Both the position numbers and the translations under genes were made by a program. A DNA stretch of 62,681 bases, counting the filler, from Reclinomonas americana ATCC 50394 (Eukaryota): the NCBI GenBank assembly GCA_048213135.1. It is 5 parts of 4 records of this genome, joined end to end, with 100 filler letters (N's around TTAATTAATTAA, not from the genome) between each part and the next. Parts side by side here need not be neighbours in the genome. Positions count along the whole stretch, not along the records: positions 19,345 to 41,041 come from PS015389.1; positions 41,142 to 45,945 come from PS015390.1; positions 46,046 to 60,022 come from PS015390.1; 2 more parts are not named here. One strand, 5' to 3'. This document shows, in pieces, positions 41,022-54,639 of this stretch (within the stretch, counting starts at the first letter, position 1; every line of letters begins with the position of its first letter). The notes under the pieces were generated by a model. The model saw only the letters and a program-made list of their open reading frames with translations. It was not told the origin of the DNA and did no database searches.

Positions 41022-41388
41022 AGTACTCTGACATACACACANNNNNNNNNNNNNNNNNNNNNNNNNNNNNNNNNNNNNNNNNNNNTTAATTAATTAANNN
41101 NNNNNNNNNNNNNNNNNNNNNNNNNNNNNNNNNNNNNNNNNCTCTCTCTTGCACATACTCATGCACCCAACAAACGAGTCTCGTTTCCATGTCAGTCATT
41201 CACCAGCAGCTTCTATTCCTATCTGCATTCTCCTTCCCTCCCGTTGTCTCCCTCTTTTCTTTCTTTCTTTCTTTCTCTCTCTCTCCTGCACACACACACA
41301 CACACACACAGCAGTCTCTATTCCGATCTGCATTCTCCTTCCCTCCCTCTTGTTCTCATTCTCCCTCCCTCTCTCCCTCGCACGCAAC

Positions 41389-44300
41389 GAGCTGCCAAGT
41401 GTGAGGAGCTCACGCACAACGTGCGGCGCCCAGTAGCCAGCCGAGAGATCGGTGACTGTGGCAATGTCGACCAGATCCGGTCGCTGTTCCCAGGTGACGG
41501 CCAGCTGCATGATGCGCGGTGCCTCCCATCCCGACATGAGCTGCAACAGAATGACGCCCACCGCGTACATGTCGTTCACCACCGTCACCGTCTTGGTTTG
41601 ATCGACGAGTGGATCGAGGTAGCCGCGCGTGCCCACAATGGAGGTGGCCGCGACCTGCGTTGGAGACATGAGACGAGATGCAGTCGTAGAGAGACGGAAG
41701 ACGAAAAAGGGAGAAGGAGAAGTAGTTGGCACCTGACCGCCTTTCTTCTCTCTGTCTTTGTGCCTTACATGTGCTCTGTCACTCTTCTGTCGTTCATAGA
41801 TTGCGTAGTCACATTGCTCGCCTTCTCTTTCCCTCCTTGCGTCGTGCCAGTGCTCTCTCTCGTTCTCATTTCCTGTTGATCATCCTTCACTCTCCTTCTC
41901 TCTTTCGTCGTGCCTCTCCCACATGCACAACAACACGCATTAACAGGTTGGTCACTTCAACCGCCTTCTCTTTCCCTCTCGCTCTCGTTTGTGTCGTGCC
42001 AAGCGCTCTCTCTCTCTCTCGTTTTCATATCCTGTTGATAATCCTCTCTATCTCTCTCCGTTCTCATTTACTCTTCTCTCGCAACTCTCGCACGCATTGC
42101 AACACACATCAACAAGTCGCAGCGACCTTGACACTTCTCCCGCCTTCTCTTTCCCTCCCGCCCTCGTTTGTGTCGTTCCTGTACTCTCTCCGTCTTATTT
42201 CCTGTCGATCCTTCTCTCCCCCTTCCTGATCCCTTTCTCTCTCCGGCTCTTTGTCTCTCTCCCCTCGTGTCGCTGCTTCACCTATCTCTCAGCCCGCTTC
42301 CTCACACTCGGCTCGCAAAGTATCTCTCGCACCTCTCGTCTCAAATACTCCCATTCCGTCTTTTTCCCATTGGTGACCTCCTCCGACTCTCCTTCCCTTC
42401 TCCTCTCCCCCTCCCTCCGACTCTCCTTCCCTTCTCCTCCTCCCCTCCATGTGCCCCTTCCCTTCTCCTCTTCCCCTTCTCCTCTTCCCCTTCCCCTCCA
42501 AACCTCCATCTGCTGCATCTGCTTGGCGATGCCAAAATCGGCCAGTCGCGGCTCCGGCTTCGCCTTGGTCTTGTCGAGCAGAATGTTCGACGGCTTCAGA
42601 TCGCGGTGAACCATGTTGCGCTAGCAAATAAAAGGTCACGTTTGTCAGAATATGTGTGACGCGCGAGGCAAGTGCCTGCATCGACGCACCTGGTGGAGGA
42701 ACTCGACACCCTCCAGAACTCCGACAGCGATATCCAACCGATCCACCACCTTGAGCACGGGGACACCGGGTGGTGGGTGGAACAGGCGCACCTCCAGGTC
42801 GTGACCACTGCGTGCAGAAGCACAAGATGAGTGAATGTGTTGAAGGCAATCAAAGGAAAAGAAAAAGAAGAGATGTATTTCCACCAGGTGGCCGGACGCA
42901 ACTTGACTGCCTCGTACACCAACACCTTCTCGTCGCCGAGCATGGAGAAGCCGTACAGGCGAATGATGCGCGGATGCACCAGCGAGCTGAGCGTCGACAA
43001 CTGCACAGATGGAGCAATAAAGAGAGTGAGCAAAGGCACAGCACAATCTCAACGCGACTTAAGCTACTCTTATCTCGGTCTCTATCTTCCCAACCAGTAA
43101 AGTGACGAATCTATCGTTCCCTACATTACCTTCCTCTTTCTCCCCCGGTTCCGCTATCCCTCGCTTCCACACAAAGTTGTCTCCTACTATCTCAACGGGA
43201 CAGAGTTTCTCTAATCCCTCAACCCTCTCTCGGTCTCTATCTTCTCAACCAGTGAAGTGACGACTCTATCGCTCCCGACATCGCCTTCCCCTTTCTCCCC
43301 CTCGCTTCCTCCACTAAGTTGTCACCTACTATCGCAACGAGACTGAAGCTACTCTTGTCCCTCACCCCTCTGTCACTCCCTACATCGCCCTCCCCTTTCT
43401 CCCCCGTGCCCGCAACTTCCGCATGGAACGTGGCCGACGCCCATGGCGTCGACGCATCAATCAGCTTGATGGCGACATGCAGCTCATGCAACATGGTGAT
43501 GTAGACCTTGCCGGAGCCGCCCTCGCCCACCAACAAGCGCGGATTGAAGCTGTCCGTGGCGGCCACAATGTCTGTCCACTCGTAGTAGCGCACCACATCA
43601 ACTGCGCGCGCCGAAGCACAATGTCAAAAGATCGCATCAATAACAAAGCATGCGTGCGATTCTGGTGACCGCAACTGTTGTTGGTCGACAGCACAGCGTT
43701 CAGACGACCGACTTCCAAGCGCAGCTGCGCGGCCGAGGTCTTGATCAGCAGCAATTCGGCCTTGGCTTTCTCCTCGGCCTTCTTCGCCTCTTGTGCTCGC
43801 GACTCTGCATCCTCGGCCCGCTGCAGCGCAGCGGCCAGGTCCTCCTGCGAGCGGCCTTGCTGCTCGTGGAGTGCCACTCGCAAGCGATCCAGCTCAGCCG
43901 TCATGGCTTCGACGCGCTCGCGCTCGTTCATGTAGGCACTGCTCGGATCGCCCAGCACCCACGGTTGCTGTCCGACCGTGTGAGGGACTGGCACCGTGGT
44001 GCCTCCGGGAGCCGGCATGCGAGTCGGCGTCGCGAATGCCGACCTGGCACCCGCGGCGGCCACCACCACCGACTCGCTGGCGGTCTGGTACGGATTGCCT
44101 GGGTTGCCGGGTGTCAATGGCCGTGGCGACGGCGATCGTCCCCCGGCCGCTGCCGACGCCGGCACCATCAGCGAGCCGCCCGCCAAGCTCGAAATCGATC
44201 CCGAAGACGACCGCGAACCCAAGCTCGCCATACTGCTCGACACCGACATGGACACACCAAGAGAGCCTGCACGGGGTAGCAAGAAAATAGCTCATTGAGG

Positions 44301-44499
44301 CGATGGAGGAGGCGGGGTATGGGGTGGCGAGTGAAAATAATGCACGCACTGGCATCCCACAAGCGCACAGTGGAATCGGCCGAGGCGGTGACCACCCGGC
44401 TGTCGTACAAAAAGGCGACCGAGTGCACCGCGTCAGAGTGGCCGGACAGCGAGCCGACAACTTCGCCCGTGGCGACGCGATAGATGCGGACGGCCTTGT
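41389..44499 (-). CDS. WD40 + coiled-coil + IRAK/Pelle/RLK-like (TKL) protein kinase, both ends truncated
   Basis: WD40: LSGHSDAVHSVAFLYDSRVVTASADSTVRLWD. Coiled coil at ~43700-43930. Kinase: YEWTDIVAATDSFN..VGEGGSGKVY..VAIK..FHAE|LSTLSSLVHPRIIRLYGF..LVYE, RLDIAVGVLEGVEFLH, VHRDLKPSNILLD..LADFGIAK, IVGTRGYLDP, DMYAVGVILLQLMSG. Confidence 0.9.
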
Positions 44500-44604
44500 C
44501 TGGAATGAGACAAAGAGGCCGATAATGGTGAGAGTGTGGATGGTTTCTCTCCCACAGACACATCTTCCTGATTGTACACACACACACACACACACACACA
44601 ACAC

Positions 44605-44677
<73 letters not shown>

Positions 44678-46178
44678 NNNNNNNNNNNNNNNNNNNNNNN
44701 NNNNNNNNNNNNNNNNNNNNNNNNNNNNNNNNNNNNNNNNNNNNNNNNNNNNNNNNNNNNNNNNNNNNNNNNNNNNNNNNNNNNNNNNNNNNNNNNNNNN
44801 NNNNNNNNNNNNNNNNNNNNNNNNNNNNNNNNNNNNNNNNNNNNNNNNNNNNNNNNNNNNNNNNNNNNNNNNNNNNNNNNNNNNNNNNNNNNNNNNNNNN
44901 NNNNNNNNNNNNNNNNNNNNNNNNNNNNNNNNNNNNNNNNNNNNNNNNNNNNNNNNNNNNNNNNNNNNNNNNNNNNNNNNNNNNNNNNNNNNNNNNNNNN
45001 NNNNNNNNNNNNNNNNNNNNNNNNNNNNNNNNNNNNNNNNNNNNNNNNNNNNNNNNNNNNNNNNNNNNNNNNNNNNNNNNNNNNNNNNNNNNNNNNNNNN
45101 NNNNNNNNNNNNNNNNNNNNNNNNNNNNNNNNNNNNNNNNNNNNNNNNNNNNNNNNNNNNNNNNNNNNNNNNNNNNNNNNNNNNNNNNNNNNNNNNNNNN
45201 NNNNNNNNNNNNNNNNNNNNNNNNNNNNNNNNNNNNNNNNNNNNNNNNNNNNNNNNNNNNNNNNNNNNNNNNNNNNNNNNNNNNNNNNNNNNNNNNNNNN
45301 NNNNNNNNNNNNNNNNNNNNNNNNNNNNNNNNNNNNNNNNNNNNNNNNNNNNNNNGCAAGGGAAAGGGGAGGGGGAGGTAGAAGGGAAAGGGAAGTGAAG
45401 GAGAAAGGGAAAGGGAAAGTGAGAGAGGACATAGGGGGAGGAGAAGTAGAAGGGAAAGGAGAGGAAGAAGAGGAAAGGGAAAGTGAGAGAGGAAATAGGG
45501 GGGAAAGAGGAGGGAGGGAGGTTAAGGGAAAGGAGAGAAGACAGGGAGAGAGAGAGAGAGAGTTTTGAGCGGGACAGCGTGTGTGTGTGTGTGTGTGCTG
45601 TACAGTTGGAGCAGTATGTTGCACGAGTTAAGAACTCTGAGTGACGGGACGACATTCTGGAGTGGTTTATTCTGTGCAGGAGTGATTGCGAGTTTCAGAG
45701 ACAGAAAGAGAAAGAGAGAGAGAGAGAGCTACTTGGCTTCCACCGAATTAAGGAAGGCGAAAGAGTGTTTGTGTGTTGTTGGGATAGAGTTAGATTTTAA
45801 GAAGGACAGAGGTGTGTGTGTGTGTGTGTGCGCTGCACAGTAGGAACAGTACATACTTGTTCGTGTCAAGAACCCTGATAGTTATGACGGTACAGCATAC
45901 TAGAGTGGTTTATTCTGTGCAGGAGTGACAGTGAATTTCAGAGGCNNNNNNNNNNNNNNNNNNNNNNNNNNNNNNNNNNNNNNNNNNNNTTAATTAATTA
46001 ANNNNNNNNNNNNNNNNNNNNNNNNNNNNNNNNNNNNNNNNNNNNTGTGTGTGTGTGTGTGTGTTATCAGTCGTTTGCATTGTTCCTTTTTGTCGTCCAC
46101 TGTGTCGCGCTCTCTCTCTCTCTCTCTCGCTTGTTCTCTTACTCCCGTTCTCTTGTTCTCTTTTTGTCGTTGTTGCAG

Positions 46179-48330
46179 GGTGAGACTGGATGCGCGTTGT
46201 GCTGCAAGCCGTTCTTGTGGCTCTGCAGCTTCTTCTGCTTGCTGTGCTTCTGGCCGTGCCAGGTGAGGTCCCATTCTCATACACGCACGCACACACTCAT
46301 ACCCGTAAGCACACACACGCACATGCGAACACGTGAGGGAGGGGTGTGATGCAGATGCGATCACGCATGTATTTTTCCTTGTCATTGTTGTCATTCTCCT
46401 CAGTTCTCTCGTCTCCTCACCGTTCATCACTCCTTGACATCACTCTCCCTCTCACTCTCGATTCTCTATGCTTTCCCGTCTGTGTGTCTCTCCAGTGTCT
46501 TGTGGATCACACTCGCCAATCCGGCCCAGCCCTTTCACTCTTCTCCCATGCTCATCCACTCTCATCTCTCACTCTTGCGTGTCTGTAGCACTCTAGTCTC
46601 TCGTCAATCGCACTCGCCATCCCGCCCCAACCCTTCCACGCCTTCCTCTTTCATGTTATCCACTCTTTTATCTCCTTCATCGCATCGCTTTTCATCACTC
46701 CCTCCTTCTCATGCTCGATTCCACCCTCGTGCTTCTCCTCTTCCTCACGTCACCTCCCATTCTCTCTGCTTTCCCTCTTGTGGATCACACTCGCCATCCC
46801 GTCCCAACCCTCCCATGCCGTCGTCCTTCGTGATTGCTCACTTCTCTTACTCTTGCGTGTCTGTGTCCCTGTCTCTCGTCCATTACACTCACCAATCCAC
46901 CCCCACCCTGCCACCTTCCATCATTTTCTGAATCACACTATTCTCTCACTCTTGAGTGCAGTAATCCAGTCTCTCGTCTTATACACTCGCCAGTCCTCCT
47001 CATTCTCTGTCACTCTTCCCCCATGCCTCTGTGTCACTCTCTCTTGAGTGTCTGTGGCACTCCTGTCTCTCGTCGATTACACTTGTCAATCCACCATATC
47101 CCTCTTATTCTCCGTCTTCTGCGCCTTCACGCTTCTCCGACTCTCCCTCTTTCATTCTCTCCCTCGTCCATCTTCCTTCCCATCCGCCTCCCTCTTCCTT
47201 CCCGCCCACTCCCTTGCCTCCTACCTTGCATCGCCAGATCCACCTGATTCGCGAGTACGAGCGCGCCGTCATTTTCCGCATCGGCCGCCTCATCGGGTGA
47301 GCGTCTTGTTCTTCGCCCTTTTCAAACGCGTCTCCTCCTCTGACATCTCCATCAGCGCCAAGGGCCCCGGACTCATTCTCGTCATGCCGTGCATTGATCG
47401 CATCGGTGCGTGCGCTCCCCTTTGTTTCTCACTTATTCACTCACTCACAACCCCTTCTCTGACATCACGCAGTGTTGACGGATCTGCGAACGGTAAGCGA
47501 CACTTCCTTCCCTACTCTCCGCAAGTTTCACGGCTCACCTTCCGTCATCGCAGGTGAGCTTGACGGTGCCGCAGCAGGAGGGCATCACCAAGGACAATGT
47601 GACGGTGCGCGTCGACGCGGTCATTTTCTACTACGTTGCCGATCCGGTCAAGGCGGTGGTGGCGGTGGAGAATGCCGCGCTGGCCACCAATCTGCTGGCA
47701 CAAACGACCCTACGCAGTGTGCTCGGTCAGTCGGAACTCGACGAGATTCTCGCTCACCGCGACACCATCAATGCCAAGGTGTGAACGCGGGTGTGCGCAT
47801 GCCTAGAAGGTGAATGTCTGTGCTGAGCTGACGCGCAATGACGCTCGCAGCTTCGTGCGGTTCTGGACGAGGAGAGTGAGCGGTGGGGTGTGCGTGTCAC
47901 CGCCGTGGAGGTCAAGGAACTGCTGATCCCGCAGAGCATGGTGCGCGCCATGGCGTCACAGGCCGAGGCAGAGCGAAACCGTCGTGCGCGTGTCATTAGC
48001 GCCGACGCCGAGTTACAGGTGAGACAAATTCGTGGTGTGTAGTGCGCATTGCTTTCATGACAGTCCTCACACTCCTCGCCGCAGGCCTCCACTCGTCTGC
48101 GTGAGGCTGCCGACATTCTCGAATCAGCACCAGGCGCCACGCAGCTGCGTTTCCTGCAGACGCTGGCGCAAGTGGGCCAGGAGCAGAACACGACACACAT
48201 TATTCCCATGGTTCGTCTCCCGTCCCACTCTGTTCCTGCGTCGCATGTGGATGAGTTGCTGACTGTCGCCGTGTCACAGCCATTGGAGTTGGTGTCGCTG
48301 CTCGGCAAGTTGGGCAGCATGCCGCGTTGA
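46179..48330 (+). CDS. Stomatin / band-7 (SPFH) protein, 5' end lost at linker
   Basis: Cys-rich hairpin LCCKPFLWLCSFFCLLCFWPC; REYERAVIFRIGRL, KGPGL..PCID, ITKDNVTVRVDAV, AQTTLRSVLG, WGVRVTAVEVK, AMASQAEAER, QLRFLQTL. Confidence 0.95.
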
Positions 48331-48499
48331 ATCTCTTGAGACATTTCTGTTGTGTTTCGTTGTTTTTCGATTCCAGTGTCACCCAGAACACAGTTGTTGG
48401 TAAAATCAATCTGGGGCACTGGGCATCTGTTGTTTTGTGTGCGCATATTTCTACATGAAAAGTGTGTTTGATTACTATCACCACAACCTCTCTCTCCGC

Positions 48500-49307
48500 C
48501 TATCCCGACACGTAGTGACCAAAGCCGCCAGCTTGTGAGATGACGCCAATCAGGCCACCTGTGGTGGACAGGACGGTGTGAGGAGGGGAGGAGGGCAGTC
48601 AGTAAACACGTCAGGCACAGCAGGCTCACCAATGACGTTGCCCCAGACAATGAGCCAACCTGGAGAAACAATCGGTGGTGAGCGACTGCATTTGAGAACA
48701 AAACACATCATCGCCAACTCACCCAAGTGATCTCGCATGACGCCCTCCAGCAGCTGCGAGGAGGCGAAGAGGATTGTGAGCACAGTTCTTGCCCGTGAAT
48801 TCCTTCGCTATTCATCTGTCTCTCTCTCTCTCATCCCCCGTCCCTTTCCCCTTCTCACCCTCTTCACACGCTCCGCATCCAGCTCCTCCAGCTTCTCCGA
48901 CATGAGGTTGTCGATTTCGGTGCGGAGGTAATCCACGTCCAGCATTTGCGTGGGATCGAGAATTCGTGACAGCTGTGACCCACAAATGAAATGCAGTTTC
49001 CGCTTCCCAGCTTCAAAGACAAACGCAAACCATGGGAGCCAAATCATTAGACAGTCCCAATATGAAGGGCTTGATCATTGGCTTCACTTGCTCCACCGAC
49101 AGACCCAGCATGGCGATCATGAGACCTGCGGAGATCGTGATGCGTGAGACGCTCGCTCCGCACACAATCGTGGCTCATCGTCGGCACACTGCACCTTCCG
49201 GTCGCTGCGCCAACGAATCCAACTTGGTGTCGATCAAATCCGAAAACGCAGGCGTCGACAGGAAGGTGCCGATCTTTTCGTCTGCAAAGGAGAAGAATGA
49301 GCAGGTG

Positions 49308-49348
<41 letters not shown>

Positions 49349-51052
49349 TCTTTTCCCCTTCGTGTACACGTACCAATGTGCAACGTGGAGATGAACTGAC
49401 TGAGCTTGGTCTTCAGATACCGCTGCATGCTATCCCGATCGAAAAAGGCCGCCATTAGCGTGTCCTTGACCGCGCGTCTGATTTGCTTAAACTTGCGCAG
49501 AACGACGCCGCTCCCGTACAGCAGTGGTATTCGGTCAAACAGCATCACAATGGCCAGCCAGTTGGTGACGCCGCCGGCGAGACCAAACAAGCCGAACGAG
49601 AGGAGGTATGGCCCGGCGCCGACTGCGGAGGGTTGAGGGGGTGAGGAGACGAACGGATATTACTGCATAGACGTCATGCTGCACGGATTCAGTAACGCCC
49701 CACATACGTCTCGTCTGACACACGTTCTGAACAACAAGATTTCCTGCCATGACTAATGCCTCAAACCGTGCCCTGTTCTCTATCGCAGAGCCACACACAG
49801 AATAACAGCAGCTTCCCACCTCACAGACTCGCTTCAGCGTGACTCCACACGCCGTCCTTCTCCCTCAACCCGCTCCCTCTCTTATCGAATTCCTCTCCTC
49901 ATGCTGTCACCTTCAACGCTGCATGTATAGGCCAGCCCTCTAAGTTCTTCCTTTCTCTCAGTCAGATCTCTCATCTCAACTCAACTCATTCCACACACTC
50001 GCCTCAGCGTGACTCCACACGCCGTCCTTCTCCCTCAACCTGCTCCCACTCTTATCACTTCTCGTGCTGTCATCTCACATACTCGCCGCGCCGTTGCATG
50101 CCCAGATCAACCCTCTACGCTCGTCGTACACTGACATTTCATCTCGTCACCCTTCCGCGAGCTGTTCACTCACATGCTCGTTTCAACGCCGAGTGCACTC
50201 GCCGTCCATCTCTCTCAGCCCCCTCTCCTCATGCTGTCACCTCACATACTGGCCGCACCGCTGCATGCCCAGGCTTACCCTCTACGTTCTTCCTCTCTCT
50301 CTCTCTCTCTCAATCTCTCTTGCACACAGACATCTCATCTCGTCACATTCCCTGTTCCGCAAGGTGAAAGCTCACAAACGCACTTGAGCGATGACTGCAC
50401 CCGGCGTCCTTATCTCCCTAAGCTCTCTCTTTCTTCCTTTCTCATCTCATCTCAGGCCGGCTCATCACGCTGCCACCTTACACACTCGTTTCATCGCTGA
50501 GTGAACTCGCCATTCGTCTCCCTCAGCTCGCTCCCTCTTCCTCTCTCACACACTCCCTCTCCTTCCCTCCTCTCTCTCTCTGCCCTCTCTCTCTCCCTTC
50601 ACCCCTCTTCCTCCTTCCTCTTCATCCTCCTCCCTTCCCCCCCTTCCCTTCCCCTATCCGGGGGGGGACGCAACATCCATCCCTCCGATCATGCAGCTTG
50701 CTGTACTCGACCAACCCAATGCCGACAATCATGACAATCAAGGAAAAGTAGTTGACCACCGCCGGCACACTCAGCCACACCCGCCGAATGTACTGCCCAC
50801 ACGACTCGCGCCCTGTACGAATGTAGCTCGACGACACCGACCCCGTCTCATGCGCCGCACCCGCCGCAGACGACGCCTCCACGTCCACAAACTCTGTGTA
50901 GCCCACATCGCGCATGCTGCTGGCATCCTGTGAGTGAGTGTGCGTGAGTGAGTAGGGCGAGAGGCAGAGAGACTGGAGGCAGCAGGTGGGAACAGTACCG
51001 GCGAAGGCAGCAACAGTTGCTGTGTGATGGGAGAGAGCGAGGTAGAGTGAGT

Positions 51053-51100
<48 letters not shown>

Positions 51101-51413
51101 CGAGAGTGAGTGAGTGAGTGAGTGAGTGAGTGAGTGAGTGAGTGAGTGAGTGAGTGAGTGAGTGAGTGAGTGAGTGAGTGAGTGAGTGAGTGCGTGAGTG
51201 AGTGAGTGAGTGCGAATGTTGTGTGTGAGTGAGTGAGTGAGTGAGAGAGAGAGAGAGAGTGTGTTTGACAGAGAGATTGTGTGGATGTTTGGAGTGCGAC
51301 GCAACACCAAGAGCGCTGGACTGTGAGTGGCGCTTGTTTGGAGTGGAGCCTAATGAGGCGGAGCGCCCGGCACCGCCAATGCCTTGCCCGCTGTCATCCT
51401 CTAACCTCGACAT
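48500..51413 (-). CDS. DUF445-family membrane protein
   Basis: FGLAGGVTNWLAIVMLFDRIPLLYGSGVV near the N-terminus and VMRDHLG|WLIVWGNVIGGLIGVI at the C-terminus. Upstream exons (50670-50927 with a TM helix; 51413 start) are assigned by strand and splice sites. Confidence 0.85.
51055..51260. repeat. Compound microsatellite (TG)n-(GA)n-(TGAG)n in a DUF445 intron
   Basis: Directly visible. Confidence 0.95.
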
Positions 51414-51677
51414 GGACCGCCTATGTGTGCACTCAAGTGTGAGCGCACAGAGCGTGTGTGTGTGTGTGTGTGCGTCAGTGCGGATCGTTTCGCAACATCT
51501 CCACGGCCAGCGCGTGCTTCGACATGATGACGAAGGGAGATCGACGATATCAGTCGGTCGATTCCTGCTGTGCTGTCACGATTCGCCTGCCGTGTCAAGG
51601 TTTACTATTGCACCGCATCGGCGGGAAGGTGCACCCCAGTCACCTCCGCTAGATAGCTCTACGCCCTCCTCCAAATA

Positions 51678-54639
51678 TTACGAGTGTCGCTCGAGTATGG
51701 CGGCGACTGCATCGAGTGCCGACTTGCTGCCGTCGGACTTGCCACCGACTACCCGTCGATTCCCGTATTCCACTAATGCGCGGAAGCACTCGCCTGTGGC
51801 ACACGTGTGAGGCAGGTGGGCGGAAAACAGGCAGGGCGGACGCGGATTTTGCCCGCACCAACTGAAACTGTTCGACTGGCACACAGATCGCTGAACTTTG
51901 CCAGCTTCTCCGACACTGCCGCATCGCCAAAAGCGTGGTACTTGAGCTGTATGGCGTGTGTCAAGCGACCGATACACAGTAGCAACCATGGGGAAACCCG
52001 AGGCACACGAAACTCGACGACCCCACAGCGATGCGGCAAGAAGCTGGATAATGGCCTTGGTCTCCTTGTCGCCGCCAAACATGCCGCAACCCCAGTGACC
52101 TGGCACTGGTGTGTCAGCACACACGTGTTCCCACCAATTTCTCTTTCGAGTCATCAACAGACCTGTGGCGATCGGCGTCATCCGGTCTTCCTCATCCAGC
52201 ACAGCATCGGGAGCAAAGGCACATGCCGCCTGCCGCACGCAAGTGAGCGCTGGAAACACGGAGACACATTCATGCAGCGCAAGGCACCTTGTTCATCTCA
52301 CGAATCATCCCGGCTTCGCTAAACTGAACACGCTCGCCAGAATAGTAAATGGACGCGTCGAACGCGGCAATCCACGACTTCAGTCGGTTTGCTGAATCTC
52401 TGCGGAGAGTGTCAGAAAGAGCACGATGACTTGTTCCACGACAACAGAGACCTTGGTAACGCCTGCACATAATTCCCACCGTACTGCAACGACCCGCCGT
52501 AGCCACGATGCTGCGAGTAACGCTCCGTTCCGTACTGTATGTAACATACGTGCGCATAATCAGAGCGGGGTATGCGAGTTAGTGAGTGACGCAGAGTCGA
52601 CGCTACCATCAACAGCGTCTCGTTGTCCATCAGTGGTGCGGTGATGAGCGACGCCACACACAGTTCCGGGTTGAGCATGAACCGAATCTCTTCTTGCACA
52701 TTACCCTGCGGCGGAAAATACTCGTGGTGAGAGAGAGAGACTCTCATCGCACTCTACATCCCGCCGGTTAGGGAATGAAAGATCGCCCAAGCAGCACATG
52801 CAAGAAGCTGAATGCTCTCTTGTGCATCCCGTGACACCACGATACCATTTCATCAATCCACTCTCGCCCTCACGCGTCTCGTGGCTTCTCAATCTCTTCA
52901 TCATCGATCTCTCCAACGCCCACACCCAAGGCAAGCGAATGCAAGCCGCTGAATGCTCTCTACGTCCCGATGCCCCACAATCTCAGCATCATCAGTACTC
53001 TCTCGACACACCCGAGGCGACAAGCAGAGATCACCCAACCACCCGTGCAAGACACTGAATGCTGCCTCCCTCTCCCTTTTCCCCTCCCCTTCCCCTCTTT
53101 CCCCCTCCCCTTCCCTTCTATCCCCAACGCAACAGCCTCAATCGCTCCACCCCCGACATAGCGATTCGCAAAATCGGCCTGTGCACAGACCACCACCACA
53201 TTGAGCTTCGCAGCAGCAGCGGTCTTCCCTTCCCCCCATGCCACGCAACATGTAACGCGTCATCATTCTCATCCTCGATACCCCTGTGCGTGCTCTCGAC
53301 GGCGAGCAGCGGCAGCACAGGCTTGTCGACGGTCGACCATTCAACTGGCTGCTGCAAAACATGTCTGTGGAAGGTAATACACGCCGTGCCGACTGCACAA
53401 CCAACAACGATTCAGTGGTCCGTCTCCCACACCATCTCCCACGCCACGTGCCTTGCTGTGACACACGCCGCCAGTAGTTGATCATGAGGCGAAACTTGGC
53501 CAGCTGACTTCGCTCCAAATCAACTGCTTGCACCAATGAGTAGCAGGCAGAGGGAGGGAGAGGCGGGAAGGAGAGATGCCAGTCGCAACATTGGAAAAAT
53601 GTACAAAAATTGCTCGGTGGCATGCGTTTCCGTATGGGAGTGAGACAGAGAAACTGCTGCGCGAGTATACATGCCGCCTGCTCTTGCGACAGCGTGACGC
53701 CGGCATCTGTGGCACCACAAACGAGGGTCGGAACGAGATGGTAAAAGAAAGCATCGCAGTAGGCGAACCGTGTTGCTGCTGCAACAGGGGCAGTGGATGC
53801 GGAAGCAGAGTGGCCGCGCGAAGCGCCATTCGCTGCACGGTGGGCAGGATGACCTCGAAGAACTCGCGACTCTCCTGTTCGCATGGATGAGAAGGCACTG
53901 CAAGACCGGTGATGATGATCGATCTACACAAGCCACACCTCAGCACTAAAGTTGGTCTCGATGCACTCTAGTATGTGCTGCCACACGTAGTCGAGTCCAA
54001 TCGCCGAGAAGAATGTCTGCAGTGCGTGTGTGTGTGAGATGATCTGCTGGCCGCCACACGAGTGACAACAGAAAAATAGAATCATGTACAAGTCCGCGGA
54101 ACTTGCGCGCGCGACAACGACACGAGCATGCACACAAGCATCTACACACGCACACACATGTACGTGAGCACACCTGCAGTCCCTCAAAGTCCTCAATCTG
54201 CTTGGTGAGCAGCGGTTGCACCTTGGCCCAGCCTGAGCATGCACAAAGAGAGTGAGTGAGATGAGTGTGCACGTGCAGGAGACACACTCAATGAGCGACA
54301 GTGCGCGTGTGTGTGTATGCAAGGAGACAGTGAGACAGAGATCATGAGATGGTGTCCGCATATAATCCCGCAAGCGCAACGACCCGGCACATGGTGCGCC
54401 AACAGCACCAGCGCAGCACCTCGTTCCTGTGCACGCGCACTGGCCGCACTTTCATCGCGCAAATCCACATGCCAACTGGACACAACTGCCCAGCTCGGCA
54501 CACTCCGCATGGGCGCGTCGTCGCCACCGTCATCGTCCATGTCGCCTTCGTCTGCATCGATGCCTGTGCCATCGTCGTCGGCGGAGGGCATGTCGAAGAG
54601 AATGGGAGGAGCAGGGTGGTGCGCGTCGCCCTCGCTCAT
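51678..54639 (-). CDS. PARG: Poly(ADP-ribose) glycohydrolase (canonical macrodomain PARG)
   Basis: FFEVILP, LSQEQAACILAQQF, ADFANRYVGGG, GNVQEEIRFMLNPELCVA, GTERYSQHRGYG, IREMNK|A, IATG|HWGCGMFGGD..KAIIQLLAAS. Confidence 0.95.

Noticed and set aside
9956..44499. An innate-immunity island (AOAH, IRAK-like kinase, TPR-SPRY, U-box, nuclease-kinase)
   Set aside because: The genes sit on different contigs, are interspersed with housekeeping genes, and show no shared regulatory signal.
51105..51240. (TGAG)n or the 25278-25712 array as telomeric repeats
   Set aside because: Both are intronic and do not match a G-run telomere unit.
19498..54639. ARH + PARG as an ADP-ribose-erasing gene cluster
   Set aside because: They are >30 kb apart and separated by artificial linkers, so linkage is unproven. 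No PARP lies in the window.
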